Shown in pieces: positions 28,730 through 38,925 of a DNA stretch of 64,000 nucleotides. Each line of letters starts with the position of its first letter. The first letter of the stretch is position 1. Source of the stretch: Marinicrinis sediminis (lineage in GTDB: Bacteria > Bacillota > Bacilli > Paenibacillales > KCTC-33676); contig NZ_JBHUMM010000007.1 in assembly GCF_042685085.1 (NCBI RefSeq), positions 177,846 to 241,845 of the forward strand, given 5' to 3'. Both the position numbers and the translations under genes were made by a program. Below the pieces are notes generated by a model. It worked only from the letters and a program-made list of their open reading frames with translations, ran no database searches and had not been told where the DNA came from.

Positions 28730-29992
28730 TTGTTGGAAGCCAACTTGTCTATGCAGCCTAATCGCCAGGTGCTGTCACATCCATCATTGTGGAAAAACAA
28801 GACATTCAAGTGGATTTTGCTCGGATATATTTTCTCTGTGCTCGGAGACCGGTTCCATAGCGTCGCCATCAGTTTTTGGGTGTTGAAGGAAACCGGAAGC
28901 GCCAGGCTGATGTCCATTGTGCTGCTCATTCATATATCAATGAGCCTTTTTTTCGGAGCGTTTGCGGGCACAATTGCAGACCGAACGGATCGCAGAAAAC
29001 TGATGTACCGGATGGACTTTATTCGCGTTCTGTTTGTTGTCGGGATCGCTTGCATGCTGCTGTTTCCATTTCAAGAATTCCGGTTTGGTGTGATCATCCT
29101 CCTGATTAGCCTCACCGCTTTTGCAGGCTTGTTCCAGGCCCCCGCTTCACAGGCTTCTCTCATCAATATCGTGGGAAAAGACCAAATTCAAAAAGCGACC
29201 GGCGCACTCAGCTTTGCAGACAATATTGCCGGTATTACAGGCTTGTCTATGGCTGGCTTTGTCGTGGCTGCATTAGGCGGGGCTTCCGCGATCTTTATCG
29301 ATGCGCTTACGTTTCTGATCTCGGGATTGTGCGTGCTGGCTGCCGGAAAATTCCCGAGTCCCATTCATCAAAACAAGGAACGCAAGTCTTTTCTGTCCGA
29401 TTTAAAAGAAGGCATCCAGTACATTTTCAAAAATCGTTTTGTCAGATGTGTAGCTTTGATCAACCCGCTGCTGATCTTGTTTTATCTCACTTCTCTGCTG
29501 CTCATTCAGGTGCTGGCGGTCAAGGAATGGCGAGTCAGTTCCATTGAATTCGGTATGCTTGAAGCTTGTGTACCGCTCGGATACATGCTGGGGGCATTCA
29601 TGATTATGCGTATCGATCAGAGGCTTAGAAAACGGGGCTGGTTGATTCTCGGCAGTATGGCCTTGCTCGGCCCTCTCTTTATCGCGATTTCTTTCGTTCA
29701 ATCTGTTTGGGTGGGATTGTTTTTTGTCCTGTGCCACGGCTTTATTTTTTCCTATTGTACGTTGCTCGTTATGGTCATCATTCGCTTGAAGGTCGAAGAG
29801 AGCATCCAGGGCAGAGTGTTTGCCACTCTGGGATCGATCACCTCGGTTGTTCCGCCCCTCGGTCTGATCATTGCCCCTTTCTTCGCGGATGCCTACAGTG
29901 CATCTTCGGTATTGGGTGTGACCGGTATCTTGTTCTTCATCGTGGCGCTCTGCTTCCTGTTATGGCTGAAACCCGTCCGGCAATTTGAATGA
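28730..29992 (+). CDS. MFS transporter (12 TM, efflux type)
   Basis: 420 aa with an MFS-type hydrophobicity pattern. Probable TTG start with an AGGGAG RBS. Confidence 0.75.
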   Translation: MLEANLSMQPNRQVLSHPSLWKNKTFKWILLGYIFSVLGDRFHSVAISFWVLKETGSARLMSIVLLIHISMSLFFGAFAGTIADRTDRRKLMYRMDFIRVLFVVGIACMLLFPFQEFRFGVIILLISLTAFAGLFQAPASQASLINIVGKDQIQKATGALSFADNIAGITGLSMAGFVVAALGGASAIFIDALTFLISGLCVLAAGKFPSPIHQNKERKSFLSDLKEGIQYIFKNRFVRCVALINPLLILFYLTSLLLIQVLAVKEWRVSSIEFGMLEACVPLGYMLGAFMIMRIDQRLRKRGWLILGSMALLGPLFIAISFVQSVWVGLFFVLCHGFIFSYCTLLVMVIIRLKVEESIQGRVFATLGSITSVVPPLGLIIAPFFADAYSASSVLGVTGILFFIVALCFLLWLKPVRQFE

Positions 29993-30016
29993 CGATCCCT
30001 GCTGCTTCATTCGGCT

Positions 30017-31075
30017 TCAACCCAGTTCCACCCGATTTCGCCCCTGCTCCTTGCTCGTATACAGCGCTTGGTCCGCCCGTTGCAGCAGAGTATTCGCATC
30101 ATCGCCTTCCTTGTACTCGGCAATTCCGAAACTGGCCGTGACGGGACCGGAAGGAAGATCATGGGCCTCCAGCCTGCTGCGTATCTGTTCTGCCCACGCA
30201 TTGGCCTGTTCCGCATGGAGTGGCATCACAATCAGAAATTCCTCTCCACCCCACCGGCCAAATGAAATGGGCTCCCGCAGCAGTTCCCGTAACAGCAGGG
30301 AGATTTCGATCAGGACCGCATCTCCCGCCTGATGTCCATAAGTATCATTGATTTGTTTGAAATGATCGATATCCATCATCATCACACTGAGATGGTTCCC
30401 GCTCTGCTGTGCCTCCGACAGTTGTTTGGTGAATTGCAGTTCGATGGCTCTGCGATTCGGAATGTTCAGTAAAAAGTCCGTACTCGCCATCTGTTCCATG
30501 TCTCCCGCGGACTTCTGCGCATCGAGATAATACCGTTTCAGTCTGGCATACAGCGCCATGAATACAATCAGAATCCCCTGTGCCACATACGTCTGAATGA
30601 ATACACTCAGCAGTTCACTTTTCTCTGCCAGTTCCTGGTCATGCTGTATGATCACATAGATGCCACTTTGCAGGACCCATCCGGAAAACACGACCGAAGA
30701 GACCACCGTTGCCTTTCGGTGGCCGCCATAGATGAGGAATGGTAGTACGTACTGGATATACATCCAGGGCGAAAGCTGAACGAACTGACTGTACAACCGA
30801 TCATCACTGACAAACAGGACATAGCCGAGCTTTACACTAATGCCAACGGTCATGAACCAGTACATGCCCTGTAATACCCTGCCAATCACATGAGGCTTTC
30901 GCCATAAAGTCACTGCCAGAAAAACCTCTACACAGATGGCAATGGGGCCTCCGTAGTACTCGATCACGTCACCAGTTCCATTGGAAACCGCCAATATCCA
31001 GCGAGCCGTCGTCGCCATCGCTCCCACGCACAAACTGAACCATACAAATCGATACACATATTTTTCCCACGTCAT
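30017..31075 (-). CDS. Membrane-anchored GGDEF diguanylate cyclase
   Basis: 352 aa. N-terminal ~190-aa polytopic domain. GGDEF domain with an RWGGEEF active site. Confidence 0.8.
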   Translation of the reverse strand: MTWEKYVYRFVWFSLCVGAMATTARWILAVSNGTGDVIEYYGGPIAICVEVFLAVTLWRKPHVIGRVLQGMYWFMTVGISVKLGYVLFVSDDRLYSQFVQLSPWMYIQYVLPFLIYGGHRKATVVSSVVFSGWVLQSGIYVIIQHDQELAEKSELLSVFIQTYVAQGILIVFMALYARLKRYYLDAQKSAGDMEQMASTDFLLNIPNRRAIELQFTKQLSEAQQSGNHLSVMMMDIDHFKQINDTYGHQAGDAVLIEISLLLRELLREPISFGRWGGEEFLIVMPLHAEQANAWAEQIRSRLEAHDLPSGPVTASFGIAEYKEGDDANTLLQRADQALYTSKEQGRNRVELG

Positions 31076-31442
31076 GCCGTTTCCCCTCTCGGTGTCCCCG
31101 TTCCTTCAAGGGCGTTCCGATCCCACACCAGCGCTATTCTCCAAATGGCAAGAATACGCTGATTGATGGTGTATATAAGTAGATTCCGCAATCTGTGATC
31201 AAATTCCTGCTTATCTGGATGTTCGATCTGTATGGAAACGAAAGGACAATCTTCACCGCACTTGTCATTTGTCTAAGTTTAAATGGCTGGCCATTCAATA
31301 GGAATACAAGCAGGCAGAGGATTTATTTCACTGTAGACAGAGTACATCACGTATATCCTTTTGAGCCATTGATTTGACAGATAGAGATTCACTCTGCTTC
31401 GAAGGAAGGCTGCATCGGTTTAACGAAGAGAAAAGAAGCGCG

Positions 31443-32558
31443 CTATTTACGCGCCGCTTTCTTCTCCCCAATGAGAGAGTCTAGCCGATCCAGGAGATCT
31501 CCACCGCCTGTCAGGGAGATGGAACCGATTTTCTCACATATTTTCTCGAGGAATTCCAGCTCCTTCAGACGGAACAACGTCGGATTGTCTTCCATGAGTT
31601 TGGCCGTGTTTAGTAGACTTCGGGTTGAAGCTGTTTCCTCCCGGCGGGTAATCAGGTTCGCTTGCGCCTTCTTCTCTGCCAGCAGGACCGTATTCAGAAT
31701 ATCCTTCATCTCTCCTGGGAGAATGACATCCTTCACGCCCGCACTGAGGAAGTGTATCCCGAACGCTTCCCCCTTCTCTTGGAGGCGGGACAGTACAAAC
31801 GAAGCGATGTCCTCTTTTCGTTTCAACAGTTCGTCTAGTTTAAGCGTTCCAACATACTCCCGTAGAATGAGCTGAAGCTGGATGTGGATCTGCTCATCAA
31901 AGGATTTCATCTCCAGAGAGCGTATCGGATTCACAATCTTGTATTGGCAGACGAAATTCAAGCGCAGGGAGATCTTGTCTTCTGTCATGATTTCTTGCCC
32001 GCTCAGTTCCATTTGCTGCTGCCTTCCATCCACTGGCTTGACCATGACCGAGACAGGCCCCTTCCAGAAGTAGTACTTGCCAGGAGCAAGCTCCCGCTGC
32101 AGGACATGATCATAAAATACATAACCGGTCTCATAGCTGGCAATCTCCCAAGCCTGCACATGTACAGCAAGCCTCGGCAGGATTGAGCGGTCTATCTCCG
32201 CAGGCAGCTCCGGATTCCTGACGTCCGCATGCAAGAACGTATGGTTTTTCAGGATGTTCCAGTAAGCATATGTACCCGGCTTGAGCAGCTGTATAAATTG
32301 TCCGTCCTCGTAATGTAGGACATATTCGTGGTCTCGTACTTGTACGATTTCAAGTTCCCGTACAAGGTCTTCATCATGCAGAAACAATTGCAGCTCTCTT
32401 CCCTCTACGAGGAAAGGCTTCGCCATATCCATGACGACTACGGTCGTTTGCAAGCCGCTCCAATAACGATAGGTGCCCGGTTGCAGCTTTTTCATATAAC
32501 TTCCTTTTCGAAACAGCAATCCGCGCTGGTCTGCCTGTATCGTCACTTGTTTAAACAT
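31443..32558 (-). CDS. SPFH/band-7 (slipin-like) domain protein
   Basis: 371 aa. The C-terminal band-7 block is VKDVILPGEMKDILNTVLLAEKKAQANLITRREETASTRSLLNTAKLM. Confidence 0.6.
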   Translation of the reverse strand: MFKQVTIQADQRGLLFRKGSYMKKLQPGTYRYWSGLQTTVVVMDMAKPFLVEGRELQLFLHDEDLVRELEIVQVRDHEYVLHYEDGQFIQLLKPGTYAYWNILKNHTFLHADVRNPELPAEIDRSILPRLAVHVQAWEIASYETGYVFYDHVLQRELAPGKYYFWKGPVSVMVKPVDGRQQQMELSGQEIMTEDKISLRLNFVCQYKIVNPIRSLEMKSFDEQIHIQLQLILREYVGTLKLDELLKRKEDIASFVLSRLQEKGEAFGIHFLSAGVKDVILPGEMKDILNTVLLAEKKAQANLITRREETASTRSLLNTAKLMEDNPTLFRLKELEFLEKICEKIGSISLTGGGDLLDRLDSLIGEKKAARK

Positions 32559-32884
32559 GTTTGTTCCCCCTTCATATTTCGACCAGTCGATCAGAATCCT
32601 CCTGCAGCTTAGGCGGAATCACGTTTTAGACAAGCCGTTTACCAGTGTTTATGTTGGACTTGGATTCAAAGGATGACCTCGAATGTCCTCGGATATGCTC
32701 GCTACTTTCACCCTTTTGCTTCCTCTGTCCGATCACAACAACCGGATTTCCGCTTATCGGTATCCACGGATTTCATGGCCTTCCTGCAGTGTGCACGAAC
32801 GAGCCACTGAGGATTCTGTTTCTGGTCTTTCATTTAGAAGTTGTCGCTCGATCCACAGTCGAGTTTCCAAAATCGCTCCCTAGG

Positions 32885-32915
32885 CGATTGGGGAATCGAA
32901 CCCCAGTGGCGGATC
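32885..32915 (-). other. Orphan tRNA/tmRNA T-arm-like fragment (possible relic attachment site)
   Basis: The minus strand reads CUGGGGUUCGAUUCCCCAAUCGCCUA, a perfect T-stem/T-loop (GGGG-UUCGAUU-CCCC) followed by a UCGCCU string. It resembles the ssrA 3' end in this window (GGGGUUCGACUCCCCUCGCCUCCA). No complementary 5' acceptor strand or anticodon arm could be found. Confidence 0.3.
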
Positions 32916-33164
32916 TTACCGACGAGATCGTACAGGATACCATCATCCAATTGGCATGGCACTGCGGGATACTTCGACATCCCAGCCTCGTTACGACCGT
33001 CTGCATAAGAACCGATGTGTCTTACAGGTTCTATCATCACACTTTTCATTCGAATCGAACATGGCGAAAGTATTACAAGACCAAATAAAAAAACACCTCA
33101 TCGGGTGTCCTTTTCGTTACAGAAACTCAGGATTCAACTTGTACTTTTCTCGAAACGAGTGACT

Positions 33165-33965
33165 CTACTCTCGCGCTCGGGGTCGATTGTTGCTATAAGG
33201 AATACACATGGGGAACCCGTAGACGGGGTCCTGGACGATCTTGCTCTCCAAATGAAACACGTCATGGACTAATCTTTCCGTAATCACCGCTTTCGGATCA
33301 CCCTGCTCATATACCCCCTGATCTTTGATCGCAACAATATGGTCTGCATAGCGACAAGCCATATTGAGATCATGCAAAACCATCACAATCGTTCGTTGCT
33401 CTTTCTGATTCAACTGAGCGAGCAGGTCCAATATTTCGATTTGATGCGTCATATCCAGGAACGTCGTGGGTTCATCCAATAAGATCGTATCGGTATTTTG
33501 CGCCAACGTCATCGCGATCCAGGCCCGTTGCCGCTGCCCCCCGGACAATGAATCAACCGCTTGATCCGCATATTCCGTTAAATGAGTGCTCGCCAGAGCC
33601 ATTTGCACCTGCTGCTCATCCTTTTTTGACCATTGCTGTAGCCAGCTCTGATGGGGATAGCGTCCTTGTTTGACAAGCTGAAACACTGTCATGCCTTCAG
33701 GTGTAATGGGACCTTGGGGGAGTATAGCCAGTTGTTTGGCCAGCTCCTTGGTAACCATGGAAGAAATCTTTTTTCCATCCAGCATGATTGCCCCATTGCT
33801 CGGCTTCATTAAACGGGCAAGAGATCGAAGCAAGGTGGATTTCCCACAACCATTACTCCCCACAAAAACGGTTATTTTTCCTTTGGGAAGCTCTATATCC
33901 AGGTTATGAATGATTTGTTTTTCTCCATAAGTTAACGTTAATTTTTTTGTTTCCAAAGCAATCAT
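33165..33965 (-). CDS. Iron-siderophore ABC transporter ATP-binding protein (FepC/FecE-like)
   Basis: 266 aa. Walker A GSNGCGKST, signature LSGGQRQRAWIAMTLAQ, Walker B ILLDEPT. Confidence 0.85.
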   Translation of the reverse strand: MIALETKKLTLTYGEKQIIHNLDIELPKGKITVFVGSNGCGKSTLLRSLARLMKPSNGAIMLDGKKISSMVTKELAKQLAILPQGPITPEGMTVFQLVKQGRYPHQSWLQQWSKKDEQQVQMALASTHLTEYADQAVDSLSGGQRQRAWIAMTLAQNTDTILLDEPTTFLDMTHQIEILDLLAQLNQKEQRTIVMVLHDLNMACRYADHIVAIKDQGVYEQGDPKAVITERLVHDVFHLESKIVQDPVYGFPMCIPYSNNRPRARE

Positions 33966-33982
33966 GCGGCTTCACTCCTTTA

Positions 33983-35020
33983 TTAGGCATAACGATTACG
34001 ATACAGTAAATATATAAAAAATGGAGCACCGATTCCGGATACAAAAACTCCAGCAGGCAAATCTAGCGGAAGAAATGCGGTTCTCGCCACCGTATCCGCC
34101 AGGACGACGATTAGACCCCCAAGCAATGCAGATACAGGGAGCAGACTCGCAAACGATCGTCCTACCAACTTTCTAGCGATATGTGGCGCGATCAATCCTA
34201 CGAATCCAATGCCTCCTGCAAACGCTACCGCTGATCCTGCCAGTGCTACACTAATAAAAAGCAATACAAATCGATTCACTTGCACTTTAGAACCTAGACT
34301 GAGCGCCAAGTCATCTCCAAGTTCCTGCACATTTACTTTGCGAGATAACAGGAGGGATAGCGGGACGAATACAATGACCCATGGCAACATCGCATAGACA
34401 TCGTTCCAATTGGCCCCATATACGCTTCCTGTTAACCATATATAGGCCTCACTCGTGGAGTAAGTGGGACTTAGCACAATCATCATAGTCACAAGCCCTC
34501 CAGCAGCGGATTGAACCCCAATTCCGATAAGGACAAGCCTGATTGGAGAAATACCATTTTTCCATGACAAGGAATAGATGATGACAAAGACGATCCCTGC
34601 TCCTGCTATCGCGGCCACGGGTATCCACTTTAAGCTTATATCTGAAAAAAACGTCATACAACTAACCGCAGCAACTGAAGCTCCTCCCGTGATCCCGATA
34701 ATATCTGGAGAAGCCAGTGGATTGCGGACAACTCCTTGCAAGATTAATCCTGAAATAGCCAGTGATGTCCCAACAAGAAAGGCAAGCACAATTCTAGGCA
34801 GTCTGAGTGTATCGAGAATAAAGGTATATTCTCCATTTCCCAAACCAATCAAATGCTTGAGGACATCCAGGGGATTTATCCACGTACTTCCAGCGGATAG
34901 ACTGATCATAATCAGGACACCCGTGCAACATAACAAGGCTAGGAACATTTTTATCGCGAAATGATCCAGCAAAATCGATACGGTATCCGTCCGATTACGC
35001 AGGATCGTATATTTTTTCAT
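33983..35020 (-). CDS. FecCD-family ABC permease
   Basis: 345 aa, polytopic, FecCD-like. Overlaps the upstream permease gene by 4 nt. Confidence 0.85.
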   Translation of the reverse strand: MKKYTILRNRTDTVSILLDHFAIKMFLALLCCTGVLIMISLSAGSTWINPLDVLKHLIGLGNGEYTFILDTLRLPRIVLAFLVGTSLAISGLILQGVVRNPLASPDIIGITGGASVAAVSCMTFFSDISLKWIPVAAIAGAGIVFVIIYSLSWKNGISPIRLVLIGIGVQSAAGGLVTMMIVLSPTYSTSEAYIWLTGSVYGANWNDVYAMLPWVIVFVPLSLLLSRKVNVQELGDDLALSLGSKVQVNRFVLLFISVALAGSAVAFAGGIGFVGLIAPHIARKLVGRSFASLLPVSALLGGLIVVLADTVARTAFLPLDLPAGVFVSGIGAPFFIYLLYRNRYA

Positions 35021-36039
35021 TTTTGATTAACCCCCCTGCGTGCGAGATAAATAAAAAAGGGTGCGCCGATCATAGCAGTCATAACCCCAATTGGCATTTC
35101 TTCAGGCATAATGATAAACCTTGCTCCTATATCAGCCAGTAGTAACAAGCTTGCACCACAAATTGCACTATAGGGGAGGATCCAGCGATAATCGGTTCCT
35201 ACCATAGAACGAACGATGTGAGGGACAATAAGTCCCACAAAGCCAATCGAACCGCCCACAGCCACAGAGCCTCCAGCTAATATAACAATGGAAATCGACA
35301 TCCCTATTTTTACTGAGATGACTTTTTGGCCAAGTCCTTTCGCGATGTCTTCACCAGAAGTCAGTATATTAATCGAACGCGCAAGAAAAAAAGACAGTAC
35401 GCCGGCTCCCAGCATCAATGGCCAGATTGGCTGAAGCATCTCGATACTTCTGCCAGAGACTGAGCCTCCTATCCAAAATAGTACGCCCTCTAGGCTCTGC
35501 TCATTTAGCACTAATAAACCTTGTGTAAAAGAGCTGAATAATGCGGTCAATGCCGTCCCCGCTAATATGATTTTGATAGGAGACAATCTCTCTCTTCCCA
35601 ACGATCCCAGCGTAAAGACCATAACCGCCGCGATTGCCGCTCCCAGAAAAGCAAACCACATTAATTGAATCAAGGAATGAAAGGAGAAAAAAACGGTCGC
35701 AAACACAACAAAAAATAACGCACCTGCGTTAATTCCAAAGATACTTGGCGATGCAATCGGATTCCTCGTTAATGCCTGCATCAGCGCCCCTGCCACTGCA
35801 AGGCTCGCACCAATCGTTACGGCTATAACAGCTCTGGAAAGACGGCTGGTCATCATGATGATATGTTCGGTGGAATTGTCATCATAATGGAAAATGGCCT
35901 CCAAGACGGTCGCAGGAGAGGTCGTCGTCTGACCAAAAGCCATGCTGCTCCAAAAAGCGAGGAACAAGAAGCCCATTCCTAACCAAATGCCGACAATTTT
36001 ATGAGATGTTCGGATGAAGATAGGATTCATATGTATCAC
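35017..36039 (-). CDS. FecCD-family ABC permease
   Basis: 340 aa, polytopic, FecCD-like. Confidence 0.85.
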   Translation of the reverse strand: MIHMNPIFIRTSHKIVGIWLGMGFLFLAFWSSMAFGQTTTSPATVLEAIFHYDDNSTEHIIMMTSRLSRAVIAVTIGASLAVAGALMQALTRNPIASPSIFGINAGALFFVVFATVFFSFHSLIQLMWFAFLGAAIAAVMVFTLGSLGRERLSPIKIILAGTALTALFSSFTQGLLVLNEQSLEGVLFWIGGSVSGRSIEMLQPIWPLMLGAGVLSFFLARSINILTSGEDIAKGLGQKVISVKIGMSISIVILAGGSVAVGGSIGFVGLIVPHIVRSMVGTDYRWILPYSAICGASLLLLADIGARFIIMPEEMPIGVMTAMIGAPFFIYLARRGVNQK

Positions 36040-36119
36040 TCTTTTCCATCAACTTGCATGCTATGTAATCCCTAGATGCTAAAAATAGGGGGATGACTCC
36101 CCCTATGCACTTTCTACTC

Positions 36120-37166
36120 TTATTTTAATTCGTAATGTTCATAGATTTGATCGAGCATCTGATTTGCAGAGATATATCCTCCGCCCATATTCCATGCTAC
36201 CTCATCTACGATCGTGACCTGATCATTCTGAACCGCATTCAAGTTCTTCCAAAGTGGATGATTGGTCCACTCTTTATAAGTTTGCTCAATCATGGCTGCA
36301 TCCGGACTATGACCGTCCGCGTTGAAAATAAAGAATACATCTGCATCCATCGAAGGAATACTTTCTTTATCCGTTAATTTCAATACGACATTGCCATCAT
36401 CCGCTGCCTTTTGTTGCACTTCAGAACGGACAAAGCCTAGTTCACTCAGGATATCTCCGGCAAAACCAGTTACATAAATCCGCGCATGATCCGTTCTGAA
36501 ATTGAGGACGGATACTTCTAACGGCCAATTCTCACCAAGCTTGGTTGCGATTTTTGTTTTAAAATCTTCTGTCCGCTCATTCCAGTTAGACAGCAATTCA
36601 TCTGCCTTTTCCTTCTGATTGGTTGCTTGTCCAATTAACTGTACCGTATCTTTGAATTTATATACCGTTTCATGCGTCACGGTAGGTGCGATCTGTGAGA
36701 GCTGTTCATACACTTTTTCATGACGCAGCTTGGAAGCAATAATCAAATCCGGATTCAGTTTGGATATCTCCTCCAGGTTTGGTTGTGTTTCCAAGCCAAC
36801 GATAGGAACATCTTTTAGTTCATCACGCAAGTATTCATACATCGGCTGCTGTGTCCAGGACTCCACCACTCCCACTGGAATTACCCCTAAGGCTACGGCT
36901 ACATCTGTCGCCCCCTGGTAAAGGGTTACTACTCTCACTAGTGTTCCTTCCACGGTTGTTTCACCCATGGCGTGCTGGATAACGCGCACATCCTTGTTAT
37001 CACTCGTATTATTGGCAGCTGTATCATTGCTGGAACCTTCGTTATTCGTTTGATTAGTATGATTTGCAGCATGATTGGAATGGTTATTCTCCCCTGCTCC
37101 CCCACATCCTGCGATCATGACAAGCACCACCATCATCATACTCACGATCATTAACGTTTTCTTCAT
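36120..37166 (-). CDS. Siderophore/iron-complex substrate-binding lipoprotein (FhuD/FecB family)
   Basis: 348 aa. Lipoprotein signal MKKTLMIVSMMMVVLVMIAGCGG. Asn/Ser-rich linker followed by a class III SBP body. Confidence 0.85.
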   Translation of the reverse strand: MKKTLMIVSMMMVVLVMIAGCGGAGENNHSNHAANHTNQTNNEGSSNDTAANNTSDNKDVRVIQHAMGETTVEGTLVRVVTLYQGATDVAVALGVIPVGVVESWTQQPMYEYLRDELKDVPIVGLETQPNLEEISKLNPDLIIASKLRHEKVYEQLSQIAPTVTHETVYKFKDTVQLIGQATNQKEKADELLSNWNERTEDFKTKIATKLGENWPLEVSVLNFRTDHARIYVTGFAGDILSELGFVRSEVQQKAADDGNVVLKLTDKESIPSMDADVFFIFNADGHSPDAAMIEQTYKEWTNHPLWKNLNAVQNDQVTIVDEVAWNMGGGYISANQMLDQIYEHYELK

Positions 37167-37232
37167 CTTCGTGGTTTTCCTCCCTATATATGTAATGTAA
37201 TGTTATCTGTCTCTGTGAGACTTATCATTGTC

Positions 37233-37272
37233 GAAAATGATTATCATTACCTATGAAATGATAATCATTTTC
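37233..37272. promoter_or_regulatory. Palindromic Fur-box-like operator upstream of the siderophore uptake operon
   Basis: GAAAATGATTATCATTacctatgAAATGATAATCATTTTC is a perfect 16-nt inverted repeat containing TGATAATCATT. It lies 65-105 bp upstream of the SBP start codon. Confidence 0.55.
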
Positions 37273-37410
37273 AACTGAATTGTCAATCATATATTTGTTT
37301 TGTCACAATAAAGACACCCTTTCGGGTGTCTTTAGGTTATGGAACTGACCCTCGTCTGTATCATCGAGAGACCACCTGCCATAGTGCAGGCGCGAACAAA
37401 GATGCTACTC

Positions 37411-37570
37411 TAAAGTGGTTCCTTTCTTTCATGATGCGTACAGCACACAAGTAATCATCGCTAAACGCCCAGACATACCTTGCAATATCCGCTAGTATTC
37501 ACGTTCTAGCGCACGTAGGACAAGTTCCAACCGTTGAGTATGGTGTTCATTTGTTTTTATACCTCTTATC
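37411..37570 (-). pseudogene. Degenerate copy of a CMP/dCMP-type deaminase gene fragment (direct repeat of 41978-42136)
   Basis: About 80% nucleotide identity over ~160 bp with the deaminase fragment at 41978-42136. The reading frame is broken (MNTILNGWNLSYVR-stop). Confidence 0.35.
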
Positions 37571-37980
37571 TATTCGCAGCTGACCTGCTTAACGATTCAC
37601 ATCTTTTATAGTAACGTTAGGGCGGCTGGTATGTTTTAATTTAGCGTTAAGCAAATATATCGAAAATATTTTTTTAATCTGAAGATCAAATATCAAGCTA
37701 TAGATGATCCTATTTCAATTTTTGTGATTCTAATGATCTATATACAACAATATTAAAAGGTGGTATTATTTTCATGTGATTGTAACTGGGATATATACCC
37801 TATTATAATTATTTATTAAAAAAATATAAAAGAAAGGATGCGTGCTTTTCTTCGTCCATAGAAATCAACTCTTAAAATACCCTTTTTAAAAGAGCATCTT
37901 TCTAAAAAATCATCTGTAAAAAGTCAGATAGTTGAAGCATTTTTGTTCTAAAAAAGTAGGTAGATTTATAACTTCTATAG

Positions 37981-38910
37981 GTGGTGAGTGAAGTGTTTTC
38001 AAGAAAGAACGTATTATTTACCGTTGTATTGATTCTGTTATGTAGTTCATCTTATTTAATTATTAATCAAACTAAATCACACGCAGCTACTACAGTAGGA
38101 ATTACTTTATCGTATGCTTATGAATCAATTCCATCTTCTTCAGTTAATGGTTGGAATATTGTAGATTCTAATGCTCAAGTTTTATATAAAGTAACGGTCA
38201 AAGCAACAGTGTCTGGTGGCGGTTATGGTATCATCGGTAAATATCTAACATTCAGCAACCCTAATACATCTAGTATTAAAAAAATTGGCACTGAATCTTC
38301 TATCAATACTAGTTATGCTACATATGCTACTTACGAAGTTCGCGGAGTGCAGACTTTTTCTGTAACAGCTTCAATTAACGATGGGACATATATCGGTTCT
38401 GGAACAAACAACATTACCAATGTACTAACAGCAAATTATCAATCTACCTTTTATTGCACATGTTATAACACGCCAGATGAAAAAGATTTCTCAGGAAATC
38501 GAACTGCAACTGCAACTGGTATTACAGGAAAGTACAAACAATCCTTTTTAGATGCAGTAAAATTAAATGGATCTGGTTGGTCTCAGGACAGCACTTGGAT
38601 TCGCTATAATGCCTCGACCAGCAATTACTCTTTTACAGCACCTACTACTGCTTCTGGAACAACACCAGTAAAAAATAAAACGATTGCGGTAGACAGATAC
38701 TACATTCCAAGATGGGCACCAAGTGGAACATGGCAAAGAGGAACTGTTGATATAAGTGGCGTTGGAAAACGACTTGCAGAAGACGCAGGTGGTGCCATAA
38801 ATCAATACGATATCGATATTTATATGGGTGTAGGGAATGCATGGAAAACAGATCCGATCTGTAATAATAGTAATCGTTCTGTCACCTATCTTGGCAACAA
38901 CAAATGGTAA
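37981..38910 (+). CDS. Secreted 3D-domain protein (MltA-like fold; YuiC/YabE type)
   Basis: Low GC. GTG start region with a GGTGGTGA RBS. Signal peptide. The C-terminus VDRYYIPRWAPSGTWQRGTVDISGVGKRLAEDAGGAINQYDIDIYMG matches the 3D domain with its three Asp residues. Confidence 0.65.
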   Translation: MVSEVFSRKNVLFTVVLILLCSSSYLIINQTKSHAATTVGITLSYAYESIPSSSVNGWNIVDSNAQVLYKVTVKATVSGGGYGIIGKYLTFSNPNTSSIKKIGTESSINTSYATYATYEVRGVQTFSVTASINDGTYIGSGTNNITNVLTANYQSTFYCTCYNTPDEKDFSGNRTATATGITGKYKQSFLDAVKLNGSGWSQDSTWIRYNASTSNYSFTAPTTASGTTPVKNKTIAVDRYYIPRWAPSGTWQRGTVDISGVGKRLAEDAGGAINQYDIDIYMGVGNAWKTDPICNNSNRSVTYLGNNKW

Positions 38911-38925
38911 TGGAGGTTTGTTGAT

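Noticed and set aside
32885-32960. The GCCACUG string on the minus strand looked like a cobalamin-riboswitch B12 box, and the T-arm looked like a full tRNA.
   Set aside because: GCCACUG is part of the T-arm flank (CCGCCACUGGGGUUCGAUUCCCC). No GGUG/GGGAA cobalamin core could be matched. No acceptor-stem partner or 7-nt anticodon loop exists. It is recorded only as a fragment.
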